The notes: a model not told the origin generated them from the letters alone. A DNA stretch of 64,000 nucleotides from Bacteroidales bacterium (GCA_017616775.1 JAFZXM010000052.1:77282-141281), one strand, 5' to 3'. Shown: positions 52,501 to 63,029, counted from the stretch's first letter. Numbers and translations are program-made.

Positions 52501-52916
52501 TACCCGACAGTTATGTGTATTCAGGCGAAGAGCGTTTCGCATTATATAAAGAACTCAACGGATTGTCGTCGGACGAGGAACTTGAATTGTATGCCAACCG
52601 CCTGATAGACAGATTCGGGGACATGCCTGCACAAACCTCCGATTTGATTACCTCCATGAAAATGCGGAATAGGGCCAAAGAGGTGGGGTTTGAAAGGATA
52701 GTGCTTAAACAAAAACGCTTTGTAGGCTATTTTCCCGCCATGCAGGATTCGGCTTATTATGAAAGTCAGCAGTTTGTCAATGTGCTCACTTATGTGCAGT
52801 CGCATCCGCAAGTGTGTCATATGAAAGAACAGCCCGGAAAACTTACCCTTACCGTAGATAAGATAGATACTGTGTCAAAAGCTCTGCAGCTGATAGAAAC
52901 ATTGAAAAATTCCTGA
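49572..52916 (+). CDS. mfd: transcription-repair coupling factor
   Basis: 1114 aa. CarD-like region (GDYVTHINYGIGQY), helicase motifs GDVGFGKTE, DEEQKFG, TATPIPRT, QLRGRVGR. Confidence 0.93.
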   Translation: MQINDIAGIYEHCDKTGAIAGSLHSAGLQRIHLKGLKGSARAFYISALARRISSLQLCILPDKETASFFFGDLECIFQEQEKDFSDRKVLFYAARTENKKMDSYMTMLRNTVLQQISEGHSNIIVSYPEALSEKVADISTFKNARLLLKTNQIYGFDALVEDLSEADFEYSDYVVQPGQFAIRGGLIDVFSYTDEHPVRIEFKGDMIASIRLFDIESQLTKKVLEETVITADIQNLNTDNSMDIMQLLPDNTCIWIEDIEACEHALKKFWQEAAANADIEVEHTGVEDFKRNILRCHLLEFGHNFYTVPTMEVAFNMQVQMSYNKQFDILVNEWIEHYQQGICNIFAAANENQSVRVRNIVWDMLQDARYRQTYGEKLLQQMECNMVQYVNYSLHEGFVDKDNKLALYTDHQVFNRYHRYKIEDKYRKNESLTLKELYDLKPGDYVTHINYGIGQYAGLEKIDVGGKQQEAIKILYKDKDVLYISIHSLHRIAKYSGKDGMAPALHRLGSNAWNKVKEKAKTKVKQLVFDLTKLYAERKAADGYAFSPDNFMQNELEASFVYEDTPDQIKATAEVKKDMEASYPMDRLICGDVGFGKTEIAIRAAFKAVCDNKQVAVLVPTTVLALQHYNTFRDRLSNFPCSVDYVNRFKSAKQQKEILQKLKKGQLDIIIGTHRLLGKDVEFKDLGLLIVDEEQKFGVGDKEKLRCMKVNVDTLTMTATPIPRTLQFSLMGARDISIMRTPPLNRYPIETSVKVFDEHTLFSAIDNEVSRNGQVFVVHNRVQNINEIADLIRGHFPNHKVAVAHGQMEGNMLEKIMLDFIDGYYDILVSTAIIESGLDIPNANTIIINEAQNFGLSELHQLRGRVGRNNKKAFCYLLTPPRDMLSSIACKRLDAIEEYADIGSGFNIAMRDLDIRGAGNLLGAEQSGFITEIGYEMYQKILQEAIEEMQESTAGNELQEVCFVRECAIETDMELFIPDSYVYSGEERFALYKELNGLSSDEELELYANRLIDRFGDMPAQTSDLITSMKMRNRAKEVGFERIVLKQKRFVGYFPAMQDSAYYESQQFVNVLTYVQSHPQVCHMKEQPGKLTLTVDKIDTVSKALQLIETLKNS

Positions 52917-52920
52917 TATA

Positions 52921-53652
52921 TTGTTGAAGATAACTATGGATTCCCGTTTTCATTTCAAACAATTTTCCGTCATGCACGATATGTCCACCATGAAAGTGGG
53001 AACCGATGCCATGTTGTTAGGCGCATGGGCAAACATTCCGGAGACCTGTGCTTCCGTTTTGGACATAGGCACCGGTTGCGGGGTGATATCGTTGATGATA
53101 GCCCAGCGGACGCAGGCGGAAATATGGGGAGTGGATATTCATGCGCCGTCAATAGAGCAGGCCGGGCAAAATGCTGTAGCCTCCCCGTGGGCCGACCGCT
53201 TGCATTTTATGCAAAAAGATATCAGGACCATGTCAAAGGAATGTGAGCGGAAATTTGATTTGATAGTCAGCAATCCCCCCTTTTTTTCTCATTCATTGCT
53301 GTCACACAGTCCGTCCCGAAATTTAAGCAGGCATACCGTCACTCTTACTTCTGCCGATATGGCTGAAGCCGTTTCCTGTTTGCTTGCCTGCAAAGGACTA
53401 TTTGCCGTCATACTTCCCTCCGGCTATGCTTCCGGGTTGCAATCGGCATTGCAACGGAACGGACTGCAATTGCTGCGGCAATGTACAATATATCCCAAAC
53501 AGGGAAAACCTTCGCACAGAATGTTGTTGGAATTTAAGAGCATGCAGGAAAAAACGGAAACAAAACAGGAACAATTGTGCATAAGGGATGAGCACAATCA
53601 ATATACAGCGGATTACATGGCACTGACAAAAGCTTATCATACCATATTCTAA
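52921..53652 (+). CDS. tRNA (adenine-N6)-methyltransferase, TrmN6/YfiC-like
   Basis: FHFKQFSV..MKVGTDAMLLGAW, SAM motif VLDIGTGCGVISL, catalytic SNPPFF. Start may be ATG 52936. Confidence 0.75.
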   Translation: MLKITMDSRFHFKQFSVMHDMSTMKVGTDAMLLGAWANIPETCASVLDIGTGCGVISLMIAQRTQAEIWGVDIHAPSIEQAGQNAVASPWADRLHFMQKDIRTMSKECERKFDLIVSNPPFFSHSLLSHSPSRNLSRHTVTLTSADMAEAVSCLLACKGLFAVILPSGYASGLQSALQRNGLQLLRQCTIYPKQGKPSHRMLLEFKSMQEKTETKQEQLCIRDEHNQYTADYMALTKAYHTIF

Positions 53653-53662
53653 CCTGAGCAAC

Positions 53663-53702
53663 AAAAAAAAAGCACTGTCAATTTTGACAGTGCTTTTTTT
53701 TT
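53663..53702. terminator. bidirectional terminator between convergent genes
   Basis: A-run, GCACTGTCA-attt-TGACAGTGC, T-run. Confidence 0.8.
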
Positions 53703-53715
53703 GTGTCCGCTGTTG

Positions 53716-55836
53716 TTATTGTATAGTCACCTTTTTGGTGGTACTTCCTTGGGAAGTGGTGATTTTGAGTAAATACATGCCTTTAGCCAAATTGTCCACA
53801 TTGATAGAGGCACGGGCGTCGGTGGTGGAGGTGTTGGCAACCATTTCGCCTAATACATTGTAAAGCATAAGGTCTGCATCTTCACCGTTGATGGTATTTA
53901 CTTCCACGTTAAGTATGCTGTTGGCAGGGTTAGGATATACTTTAATGGCACCGAATCCGGCTTCTTTTTCATTAATGTTAACATTGTCTATCCATTCTAT
54001 TTCCCAACCGGTGCCCGCATCTGCGTTGTCGGATAGGAATTTAACATATACTGCATTGGAATTCACCACATATACGGAATCTAATGTAGGCATGTTATCT
54101 TTGGAAAAACGATATTGTCCGTGAGTGGGATATTTCATTGCGGCACCTATGGATGAACCTTGTTTCATTAATTCAACTTTGTCGCCTTGTCCTATATCGA
54201 ATTTTCTGAATATAATACCTACTTTGTCCGGATTGGTATTAGGAGCAATGGTCCAATAGCAGGTTATATCTTTGTCGTAAACACTGTTATTGCTTCCGTT
54301 AGTGATGGAGCCGGTGGCAGAGGTTAGTTTGACAGGATTGGAACTGGTGGAACAATAACCGTGTGAGGTTTTTGTGCTGGTGTAGTTAAAACGGAAACCG
54401 TCTCTGGTGGAATCGCTGTCGGTGGTGAAGGTGATAAATGCTTCCGCATTGTTAATGGTAATAAAGGTGCCTTCAGGAACATCACCGGAATAGGTGGCTT
54501 TTAAATTGGCATTATCTGCTGTGTTGCCTGCATATATTTTAACAATGTCTTTACCGCTTTCGGTAGCGAAATTTGCTATATTCAAAGTGATGCTGGTGGT
54601 GTTTTCACCCGGGGAAATCAACCAGGAGCAATTGGTGTTGTTTCTGTATTTCAAACGGCAGCTTCCATCATCAAACGAGCCGTATGTTGCGGAAAGAGTT
54701 TTGGTGCCGGTGAAGAAGTTGGTGGTATCCACACGGGGTTTGATGCCGAAAATTGCTTGATTGCTTAAGGTATAGCCGTCCATGTTGGATAATGAGAAGA
54801 AGGCGTTGTTATAACCTCCCCATCCCCAGTTGATATGCAAATTGTTATCGGAATCGTAGCCGTCGCAAATGAAAGCGTGTCCTGCATGAACGCCGGAACC
54901 TCCGTTGTATGCGCTGTAATATATAGGGCAGTTGTCGTTAATATCGTTTTTGATTAAATTTAACCATTCGGTATCATTATATCCCGATTTGCTTTTGATA
55001 TTAACGGTAGTGGCATACAGGAATCTTCCTTTTATAGCAGTAACCACATCTGCCGATTGGCAGCCGGAGCCTTCCGCAGCATAGTCCATTTTAATGGATA
55101 CATCGCAATGATATATCAAACGGGCTATAGCATCGCTATAGTTGGTGGCTACATCCGACATGGCGTCATAATCGTAAGTGGTGGCGGCATAGTTGGCTGT
55201 TTGTTTGCCGTAATTTTCGGAGATATAGGTGCTTGAACCGTATCCGTTTGCAGGATATCTGTGGTAATACAGCAATTGGGCCATGGCTACGGCACCGCAT
55301 CCGTTGGGCACGTGCAAATCGTATCCGTTGGGAGCGTCTATCTCATCAGGACATAAAGCATTGTAATATTTATCCTGATTCCATTTGCTTGTCATTAAGA
55401 TGATGGAATAAGATGCAGCTTTTTGTATTTTATTTGTCTCCAACGATATCCATTCTTTGGCAATTTCCGGTTCGGCCGGTGCATTTTGGCTGCGTATGTC
55501 CGCAATTTTACGTTCATACATAGTTACAAAATCATCGCATGCGGGTATTTTGTCCATTTTGTATTCATCGGTGAGCGAATAAGCCAAAATAGGATTCATT
55601 CTATTGTCGGCAGCTACTAAAACAAAACCGCCATCGGTAAAATTGAATACATAAAAAACAGGTTGCTTGTCGGCATTGGTTTTGGTTTGAACGGATGCAA
55701 TGCTATTGTTGTGGTTAATGTCTTTGGCTTTGATGTAGTTCTGTGCTATGGTTTGAGCAGTGTTGACGTTTACCTGTTGTGCGTAAACAAATCCCATCAG
55801 GGCCGCTAAACTTAATGTTAAAACTAATTTTTTCAT
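53716..55836 (-). CDS. C10-family (streptopain/SpeB-like) cysteine peptidase with T9SS C-terminal sorting domain
   Basis: Signal peptide plus Spi-like propeptide. LMTSKWNQDKYYNALCP, catalytic Cys context GCGAVAMAQLLYY, His context GHAFICDGY, WGWGG. C-terminus KVYPNPANSILNVEV...KKVTIQ (T9SS CTD). Confidence 0.8.
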   Translation of the reverse strand: MKKLVLTLSLAALMGFVYAQQVNVNTAQTIAQNYIKAKDINHNNSIASVQTKTNADKQPVFYVFNFTDGGFVLVAADNRMNPILAYSLTDEYKMDKIPACDDFVTMYERKIADIRSQNAPAEPEIAKEWISLETNKIQKAASYSIILMTSKWNQDKYYNALCPDEIDAPNGYDLHVPNGCGAVAMAQLLYYHRYPANGYGSSTYISENYGKQTANYAATTYDYDAMSDVATNYSDAIARLIYHCDVSIKMDYAAEGSGCQSADVVTAIKGRFLYATTVNIKSKSGYNDTEWLNLIKNDINDNCPIYYSAYNGGSGVHAGHAFICDGYDSDNNLHINWGWGGYNNAFFSLSNMDGYTLSNQAIFGIKPRVDTTNFFTGTKTLSATYGSFDDGSCRLKYRNNTNCSWLISPGENTTSITLNIANFATESGKDIVKIYAGNTADNANLKATYSGDVPEGTFITINNAEAFITFTTDSDSTRDGFRFNYTSTKTSHGYCSTSSNPVKLTSATGSITNGSNNSVYDKDITCYWTIAPNTNPDKVGIIFRKFDIGQGDKVELMKQGSSIGAAMKYPTHGQYRFSKDNMPTLDSVYVVNSNAVYVKFLSDNADAGTGWEIEWIDNVNINEKEAGFGAIKVYPNPANSILNVEVNTINGEDADLMLYNVLGEMVANTSTTDARASINVDNLAKGMYLLKITTSQGSTTKKVTIQ

Positions 55837-55872
55837 CTGTATGCTTTCTTTTTTTTGTGTGAAGTTTAAACT

Positions 55873-55906
55873 AAAAAAGATTGGTACATAGCACCAATCT
55901 TTTTTT
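55873..55906 (-). terminator. terminator after the BNR-repeat gene
   Basis: AGATTGGT-acatagc-ACCAATCT with flanking A/T runs. Confidence 0.65.
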
Positions 55907-55918
55907 ATTGGACTATTG

Positions 55919-58780
55919 TTATTTTTGAATTACCAATTTAATGGTTTTGCTATTATTGTCAGTTTTAATATTTACAAAATATATGCCATTTGACATGTTG
56001 TCGCAATCAATATTTTCGGTGTGCGGGCCATAAGGCAAATAACCTAAATTTTTGTTGCTTATCATTCTGCCGGTGATGTCATAGATATTCAAAGAAACCT
56101 GTTCTTCTCCGGTTATGTCAAATGTTAGCGTTGCACGGTTGTTAGCAGGGTTAGGATAGATAATCATATTGGCAACCTCTGTTTGTCCTTTCGGGTAACG
56201 GTATTCTTGGATACCGTTGAAATAGGAGCTGTCTATAAAAATACCCAAACCGTGAGATGCTGCATAGATGCTTCCGTAGTTGGAAGTTCCCGGGAAATCA
56301 ATTTTCACGCTCGATCCGTCAGCAGAATAGGTTACAGATTGATTGTTGGGGAAATATTGTGTTTGTTGGAACAATTTAAATATGGGTATTTTCACATTAA
56401 TACCGTTGTTGTACAATGTCCATGCAGGCATATCGGAGGTGAAGTTCTCTGTTTTGTACACGCCGACTTCCGTTCCGATATAAGCGATATCGGAGTTGGA
56501 CATTTCTATTAAAGAAGTGTAAATGGCAACATCTTCAGGAATGCCGCTGCCTTCTTTTACTTCTTCTATTACCGTGCTCAAAGTGGCGGTAAGTGCGTTG
56601 GTGATGGCATTAACGCGATAGAATGCAATGCCGTCTCCGTTGGTGGTATATACCAAGGTGTTGTTATCTTGAGGGTCCAAAGCGATGGAAAGTACATCTA
56701 CACTGGATAATTCAAATAACAAGGTATCGTCTACCAACATTCTGTGGTCATTATAGGTGGTGTAGGCAGCTTCCGGATCGTATACGTGTTTGGATACGTC
56801 TATTTGTTCAGGAGTGCGGTATGTGTCAAAACCAGATACCCTGTAGATGGAATAACTTTGAACAGTACCTGTATATTTGTGGGTGAGCACAAATAAGTCG
56901 TTACCGTCATTGCTTACCTTTAAGTCCATTACCTGTTCGGTGGAATCGTTGGTGCGGAATACACATATAAATTCAGGTTTGTTTGAAAAATCCAATGCCT
57001 GAGTGGTCATATAAACGGGTGCACCCACTGCGATATTGGAGTTTTTGGTGTATTTGTGTCCGCCGCCGCCTATAAACAAACGGGAAGTGATGATGTCTTG
57101 CACCACTATAGTGTCTTCATTTCTGTGCAGAGTGTCGGTGCCTTCATATTTATAATGTATAGGATAGTTGTTGCGTTTGCTCTTAACGCATATTTCATCT
57201 CCTGTAACATAAGTTTTGTCTATAATGAAAGATACACTGTCTATGCTGTTGAGGTCGTTAATGGATTCCCACATCACCATCGGGTTCACTCTTGCGCTGG
57301 TATAGGTGTTGGTTAAATTGTTTTCATCGGGATGCCAACGGGGATAAGAAGCTTTTTTTGCCATAATGGTGGTAACTTCCTCATTGTTGCCATACCATTC
57401 TACCGGTGTTTGGGCATCACTGTTAATACTGGCCCTGCGATAGCAATATCCGTAATAACCTGTGTAGAATACGGCTTCAGGTTTGATAAAAGAGAATATG
57501 CAATTGCCGCCGTCACCTTGGGGAACGCTTATTTCCGATGCTTGTTTGGTGGTGCTGCGGGGATTGGCCAAATAAGCCATGCCTCCGTTTTTGATACCGC
57601 TCATAAAACGGCCGTCATTGGCAACAGCCAATGTATAGGCTTGCATGGTGGCAAAATAATTGTTTTTGGCAACAAAACTGCCGTTGCCGGATTTTTTGAG
57701 TATGCCGTTTTGTGTGCAAAGGTAGATGTCTTCGCCTTCGGCTACCATATCATAAAGATAGATGGTGGAACTTAAGCTGGTCCAGTTGAAATAGTTGGAT
57801 TCACTGTATTCTGTACCGTAATACAAAGCTCTTCCGCCTGCATATATTTCGGTGGAATCGGTTGCGCTGACTAAAATTTGGTTACAAGCAATTCCGGAAG
57901 CACCGCCGATAGGGTCTATTAATCCGCCGATAGGGCATATCAATCTCCATGACGAACCTTTGTCTTTTGATTGGTAGATGCCGTAAAATGAGCCGTTACT
58001 GTTGGCCAATAATGCATATACCACATCGTGACAGGAAGGTGCTATTGCCATGCTTATTCTGGCAGCATCGGAAGGAAGTTTGGAATTGCTGCATACCGAA
58101 GTGAAATTCGTGCCTGCATCGGTGGAAATATAGGCATTGGCAGTACCTGCATAGGTACAATAGGTTACCATATCTCCCATCACCCTGACATCCGTACATT
58201 TTACCGTATTGCCTATGTCGGTAAATGAATTTCCGCCGTCGGTGGTCACCTTTAAACCTTCCGATGTGGCAACGTATAATTTATTATTGACAGCATCGTA
58301 TGCCATGGCATTTACCGCTTCCCAATCTGTGGTGTTGCCCAATTGGGTGAAAGTGGCCCCGCCGTCAACGGATTTATAAATACCGTCACCTTTGATACCG
58401 TAATTACTATAGTTATCTTCTACTCCGGGTGTGGCATATCCTGAACTTGCAGGAATCAAGCCGTCACCTGTTCCTATATATAATGCACCTGAATTGTCTT
58501 GCGCTATTGCAGATACGGCAGCAGAACCGTTGAACGCTGTGTTGATAGCCCATGTGGATCCACCATTGGTAGATACCCATAAACCGCTACCTGCAGCCCC
58601 TGCATATAGTTTGGATGTGTTATCCTTGTCCACACATATGGTGAGTGTGCGGCCGGAAATGTTAGCCGGACCGATGTTTGTCCAACCGTTACCGGACTTT
58701 CTGCCTTTGGCATTTTGTGCTCCGCTGGTGATAACCAAGCATAGGGATAGACCTAATAAAATGTACTTAATTGTTCTCAT
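55919..58780 (-). CDS. BNR/Asp-box repeat beta-propeller protein with T9SS C-terminal sorting domain
   Basis: Repeated SxDxGxT(W/F) boxes (STNGGSTW, SVDGGATF, TTDGGNSF, STDAGTNF, SKDKGSSW). C-terminus IIYPNPANNRATLTFD...KLVIQK. Confidence 0.7.
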   Translation of the reverse strand: MRTIKYILLGLSLCLVITSGAQNAKGRKSGNGWTNIGPANISGRTLTICVDKDNTSKLYAGAAGSGLWVSTNGGSTWAINTAFNGSAAVSAIAQDNSGALYIGTGDGLIPASSGYATPGVEDNYSNYGIKGDGIYKSVDGGATFTQLGNTTDWEAVNAMAYDAVNNKLYVATSEGLKVTTDGGNSFTDIGNTVKCTDVRVMGDMVTYCTYAGTANAYISTDAGTNFTSVCSNSKLPSDAARISMAIAPSCHDVVYALLANSNGSFYGIYQSKDKGSSWRLICPIGGLIDPIGGASGIACNQILVSATDSTEIYAGGRALYYGTEYSESNYFNWTSLSSTIYLYDMVAEGEDIYLCTQNGILKKSGNGSFVAKNNYFATMQAYTLAVANDGRFMSGIKNGGMAYLANPRSTTKQASEISVPQGDGGNCIFSFIKPEAVFYTGYYGYCYRRASINSDAQTPVEWYGNNEEVTTIMAKKASYPRWHPDENNLTNTYTSARVNPMVMWESINDLNSIDSVSFIIDKTYVTGDEICVKSKRNNYPIHYKYEGTDTLHRNEDTIVVQDIITSRLFIGGGGHKYTKNSNIAVGAPVYMTTQALDFSNKPEFICVFRTNDSTEQVMDLKVSNDGNDLFVLTHKYTGTVQSYSIYRVSGFDTYRTPEQIDVSKHVYDPEAAYTTYNDHRMLVDDTLLFELSSVDVLSIALDPQDNNTLVYTTNGDGIAFYRVNAITNALTATLSTVIEEVKEGSGIPEDVAIYTSLIEMSNSDIAYIGTEVGVYKTENFTSDMPAWTLYNNGINVKIPIFKLFQQTQYFPNNQSVTYSADGSSVKIDFPGTSNYGSIYAASHGLGIFIDSSYFNGIQEYRYPKGQTEVANMIIYPNPANNRATLTFDITGEEQVSLNIYDITGRMISNKNLGYLPYGPHTENIDCDNMSNGIYFVNIKTDNNSKTIKLVIQK

Positions 58781-58855
58781 TCGTGTATCTGTTAATTATC
58801 TAAATCTTTATCATTCAATTTTTTTTATAAAATCATTCTTATCAAATGAACTTTG

Positions 58856-58863
58856 CAAAGATA
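58856..58863 (-). promoter_or_regulatory. -7 box (TATCTTTG, minus)
   Basis: The forward-strand sequence CAAAGATA is the reverse complement of TATCTTTG. It lies 76 nt upstream of ATG 58780. Confidence 0.4.
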
Positions 58864-59099
58864 CATAATTATTCTATACAACACACAATTTTATGCATTT
58901 TTTTTATGCATGCCCTCCTTTGTCAACAAACAGATAAGCCTGTATTCAAAATCATTTTGTCAAAAAATGCTGACATTTTGGCATAAAACAATAAAACACA
59001 ACGGAATATACAGCCATATTGTCATAAAAAACGGTTTGGAATAGGTTTTGATAGATAAAAAATAAAATCAAATGAATAAAAAATAGAAAGGATAAAATA

Positions 59100-61706
59100 A
59101 TGAATTTTGAAAAATTTACGGTAAAATCCCAAAATATGATCTCCAGGGCTCAGGAAACAGCCAAAGCCGGAGGTCATCAGTTTGTGGAGAATGTACACAT
59201 ATTAAAAAGCATGTTGGAAGACGAAAGCGATGTGCCTGCATGGCTGTTGAAAAAATGCGGCGTGAATGTGGCGGGACTGAAAGTGGTGCTCAATCACGAA
59301 ATTGCATCTTTGCCGAAAGTGTCGGGAAATGAGGCGGTGTATTTGTCGCAGTCTGCAGCGGCCATGTTGCAGAAGGCATACGATATGTTGGAAAGCATGG
59401 GAGATGAGTATGTGGCAGTGGAACATTTGTTGTTGGCCATGTTGCAGGGAAAAGACAACAGTGCCCGTATGCTCAAAGATGCAGGCCTGACGGAAAAAAC
59501 ATTGAAACAGGCCATTGGGGAAATGCGTAAAGGGAGCAAATCCGTTTCTCCTCATTCCGAAGACAGCTACAATGCATTGAACAAATATGCCCGAAATCTT
59601 AACGACTTGGCTCACAAAGGCAAATTGGACCCCGTGATAGGAAGAGATGAGGAAATCAGGCGGGTGTTGCAAATATTATCCCGTCGTACCAAAAACAATC
59701 CTATCCTGATAGGTGCTCCCGGTGTGGGCAAAACCGCTATTGCCGAAGGCTTGGCACATAGAATAGTGGAAGGTGATGTGCCTGAAAATTTGAAGTCCAA
59801 GCAGGTGTTCTCGTTGGATATGGGAGCATTGGTGGCGGGTGCCAAATACAAGGGCGAATTTGAAGAGCGTTTGAAAAGCGTTATCAAAGAAGTGGTGTCT
59901 TCCAACGGGGAAATTATACTTTTTATAGATGAAATACACACTTTGGTGGGTGCCGGCGGCGGTGAAGGCGCCATGGATGCGGCCAATATTCTTAAGCCGG
60001 CGTTGGCCCGCGGTGAATTGAGGGCTATAGGCGCCACCACCACATCGGAATATCAAAAATATTTTGAAAAAGACAAAGCTTTGGAACGCCGTTTTCAAGT
60101 GGTGTATGTGGATGAGCCGGATGTGGAATCGTCGGTGTCGATATTAAGAGGCTTGAAAGAACGTTACGAAAATCATCATCAGGTGCGTATTTTGGATGAA
60201 GCCATTATTGCGGCCGTAACATTGTCCAAGCGTTATATCACGGAGCGTTATCTGCCCGATAAAGCCATAGACCTGATAGACGAAGCTGCCGCTAAATTGC
60301 GTCTGGAAATCAATTCCGTACCTCAGGAGTTGGATGAAATAGAGCGTAAAATACGTCAGCTGGAGATAGAACGCGAAGCCATCAAGCGGGAATCGGATAA
60401 TACCAAGATAGAGCAGTTGTCGGCAAAGATAGAAGAATTGCGTTCCCAACGCAACACCCTTTATGCCAAATGGAAGGAAGAAAAATCGTTGGTGGATGCG
60501 GTGCAGGCGGCCAAGCATGATATAGAAAATTACCGTTTTGAAGCAGCCAAGGCGGAGCGTGACGGCGATTACGGCAGGGTGGCAGAGCTGAGATACGGAA
60601 AAATACGGGAGAAAGAAGCAGAAATAGAGGCAGGAACCCGAAAGTTGCACGAGCTGCAAGGCGATAAGCCCATGATAGACGAGGTGGTGGACGCCGATGA
60701 TATCGCCGAAGTGGTTGCCCGCTGGACAGGCATTCCTGTCAGCAAGATGATGCGCAGCGAAAAAGAAAAACTGTTGCATCTGGAAGAAGAACTGCACAAA
60801 AGGGTAGTCGGTCAGGAAGAGGCTATATCGGCAATAGCCAATGCCATCAGGCGCAGCCGTGCCGGATTGCAAGACGAACACCGTCCCATAGGCTCGTTTA
60901 TATTCATGGGTACCACAGGCGTGGGTAAAACCGAGTTAGCCAAAGCTTTGGCTGAATATTTGTTCAACACCGAGGATGCTATCGTCAGAATTGATATGAG
61001 TGAATATCAGGAAGCACACACGGTATCCCGTTTGGTAGGGGCTCCTCCGGGATATGTGGGCTATGAAGAAGGCGGCCAATTGACAGAAAAAGTAAGAAGA
61101 AAACCTTATTCCGTAGTATTGTTTGACGAAATAGAAAAAGCCCATCCCGATGTGTTCAACATATTGCTGCAAGTGCTTGATGACGGCCGGCTTACCGATA
61201 ATAAAGGAAGGGTGGCGGATTTTAAAAACACCATCATTATCATGACTTCTAATCTGGGATCGCATATCATAGAAGAAAATTACGACAATCAATCGGCTTT
61301 GTCGCCTGATGAATTGCAGGAAAAAACACAAAATGAAGTCATGGCTTTGTTGAAGAAAACCATCAGACCGGAATTTCTGAACAGAATAGATGAGATTTTG
61401 ATGTTCAAACCTTTGACCAAGAGTGAAATCCGTTCTATTGTGGACATGCAGTTGCAACATTTGCAAGCATTGCTTCGCAAACAAGATATCACTGTCAAAT
61501 TAACCGATTATGCCATGGATGAACTGGCCAATTTGGGCTACGACCCGCACTATGGTGCCCGTCCGCTTAAAAGGGTGATACAAAAAAATATCATGGACAA
61601 TTTGTCCAAAATGATTCTGGATCCCAAATTCGACCCGCAAAAGCCTGTTATTATAGATGTTATAGACGACCAGTTTGTGATGTATCCCGATAGGGAAAAT
61701 AAATAA
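59100..61706 (+). CDS. clpB: ATP-dependent chaperone ClpB
   Basis: 868 aa. Two AAA+ modules ([18 protein letters not shown]), a long middle coiled-coil domain, and a Clp N-domain. Confidence 0.96.
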   Translation: MNFEKFTVKSQNMISRAQETAKAGGHQFVENVHILKSMLEDESDVPAWLLKKCGVNVAGLKVVLNHEIASLPKVSGNEAVYLSQSAAAMLQKAYDMLESMGDEYVAVEHLLLAMLQGKDNSARMLKDAGLTEKTLKQAIGEMRKGSKSVSPHSEDSYNALNKYARNLNDLAHKGKLDPVIGRDEEIRRVLQILSRRTKNNPILIGAPGVGKTAIAEGLAHRIVEGDVPENLKSKQVFSLDMGALVAGAKYKGEFEERLKSVIKEVVSSNGEIILFIDEIHTLVGAGGGEGAMDAANILKPALARGELRAIGATTTSEYQKYFEKDKALERRFQVVYVDEPDVESSVSILRGLKERYENHHQVRILDEAIIAAVTLSKRYITERYLPDKAIDLIDEAAAKLRLEINSVPQELDEIERKIRQLEIEREAIKRESDNTKIEQLSAKIEELRSQRNTLYAKWKEEKSLVDAVQAAKHDIENYRFEAAKAERDGDYGRVAELRYGKIREKEAEIEAGTRKLHELQGDKPMIDEVVDADDIAEVVARWTGIPVSKMMRSEKEKLLHLEEELHKRVVGQEEAISAIANAIRRSRAGLQDEHRPIGSFIFMGTTGVGKTELAKALAEYLFNTEDAIVRIDMSEYQEAHTVSRLVGAPPGYVGYEEGGQLTEKVRRKPYSVVLFDEIEKAHPDVFNILLQVLDDGRLTDNKGRVADFKNTIIIMTSNLGSHIIEENYDNQSALSPDELQEKTQNEVMALLKKTIRPEFLNRIDEILMFKPLTKSEIRSIVDMQLQHLQALLRKQDITVKLTDYAMDELANLGYDPHYGARPLKRVIQKNIMDNLSKMILDPKFDPQKPVIIDVIDDQFVMYPDRENK

Positions 61707-61738
61707 AAAACAAGTAAGGATAATTGTAAAAAAAATGA

Positions 61739-61746
61739 TACCTTTG
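61739..61746 (+). promoter_or_regulatory. -7 box (TACCTTTG)
   Basis: TAnnTTTG 65 nt upstream of ATG 61811. Confidence 0.45.
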
Positions 61747-61810
61747 CAAAAAAAATGGAGTATGCCGAAAATCCGATAAAGAGTAGGCTGAATTTAAATT
61801 TAAATTAAAA

Positions 61811-62020
61811 ATGAAAAAAGTTTTAGTAGCATGCGCAGCTATAGCATTAATCGCTGGTTTCACCTCTTGCAACAAAAATTGCAAATGCAAAACTTATGCA
61901 GCAGGTGTAGTCGTTAAAGAATACGAACAAGAAATTGACGAAGGAATGAAATGCAGTGATTACACTGAAATCTTTACCGACGAAGACGGTGGTTTAAAAA
62001 CCGGTGTTGAATGCAAATAA
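61811..62020 (+). CDS. small Cys-rich lipoprotein, hypothetical
   Basis: 69 aa. Signal peptide with lipobox GFTSC and four further Cys residues. Followed by a terminator. Confidence 0.5.
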   Translation: MKKVLVACAAIALIAGFTSCNKNCKCKTYAAGVVVKEYEQEIDEGMKCSDYTEIFTDEDGGLKTGVECK

Positions 62021-62042
62021 TAAATTTGTGTTAACCGAAATT

Positions 62043-62072
62043 AAAATGGGCAATCTTTTTTGCCCATTTTTT
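62043..62072 (+). terminator. terminator after the small lipoprotein gene
   Basis: AAAATGGGCA-atcttttt-TGCCCATTTT followed by T's. Confidence 0.7.
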
Positions 62073-62084
62073 ATATTTTAAAAT

Positions 62085-63029
62085 ATGAAAAACCGGATTA
62101 CAGACAATAAGTTATTTACATACGTTATTCGTATTTTCATAGGTGGGGTATTTGTGGCATCGGCAGTGCTGAAATACTTGTCTATAGATATATTTGACTT
62201 GTATGTTTATGAACATAACATTTTTAATTTAGCCCTCACTGAAACGCTTACTCGTGGCCTGATTGCCTGTGAATTTTGCATGGGTGTCATGCTCATTTTC
62301 GGTTTAAAATTCCGGTGGGCATATTTCGGGGCTTTGTTATTGTTGACAGCTTTCACCATATATTTGGTTAGCATGCCCCTGCTGTTTGATGTAGATATGA
62401 ACAATTGTCACTGTTTTGGTGATAAAATAATATTGAACAGAACACAATCCATCATAAAAAATATCATACTGATAGTGCTGTTGTTGTTACTATCTCCCAA
62501 TGGTGTGAAAGATTTTAGAAAATCATGGATAGTGGTCTTGATTTTAGCAATATTGTCTTTAGGAATGACATTCGCTTTCAATCCGCCCGATTATATCTAT
62601 ACCGCAATTTACGGTAGTGAGGTGAGGATAGATGAAGATTTGTATCATCAGGCACTGGCGGCTCAGCAAAAGCAGGAAAGTTATTCCCAAGGCAGGCAGA
62701 TTATATGCATGTATTCCACGGCCTGCTCCTATTGCCGCAAATCGGCACGCAGGGTGCAGTTGATGTCCCAAAGGGAACATTGGAATACGGAGCATATAAA
62801 ATTGATATTTTGGAGAATGTCCAACGATAGCGCCATCACTCGTTTTTACGATAAGCAGCAACTCCCCGACATGGAATATACCACTTTCACCGTAGATACT
62901 TTTTTAAATATCACCAAAGGCCAGCAGCCTGTGATATTGTTGTCCGACAACGGCAAAATAGTAAAGTCGTTAGACTATATCGCCTTCAACGAAAAAGAGA
63001 TCACCCGTTTTTTGGAGGGGAAAGAATAA
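62085..63029 (+). CDS. MauE/DoxX-like membrane domain fused to a thioredoxin-like domain
   Basis: 314 aa. Four to five N-terminal TM helices (IRIFIGGVFVASAVLKY..). C-terminal soluble part has a CxxC (ACSYC). Confidence 0.5.
   Translation: MKNRITDNKLFTYVIRIFIGGVFVASAVLKYLSIDIFDLYVYEHNIFNLALTETLTRGLIACEFCMGVMLIFGLKFRWAYFGALLLLTAFTIYLVSMPLLFDVDMNNCHCFGDKIILNRTQSIIKNIILIVLLLLLSPNGVKDFRKSWIVVLILAILSLGMTFAFNPPDYIYTAIYGSEVRIDEDLYHQALAAQQKQESYSQGRQIICMYSTACSYCRKSARRVQLMSQREHWNTEHIKLIFWRMSNDSAITRFYDKQQLPDMEYTTFTVDTFLNITKGQQPVILLSDNGKIVKSLDYIAFNEKEITRFLEGKE

Noticed and set aside
59042-59050. -7 box for clpB (TAGGTTTTG)
   Set aside because: It is one T too long to fit TAnnTTTG, so I did not list it as a promoter feature. 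The true clpB promoter remains unassigned.
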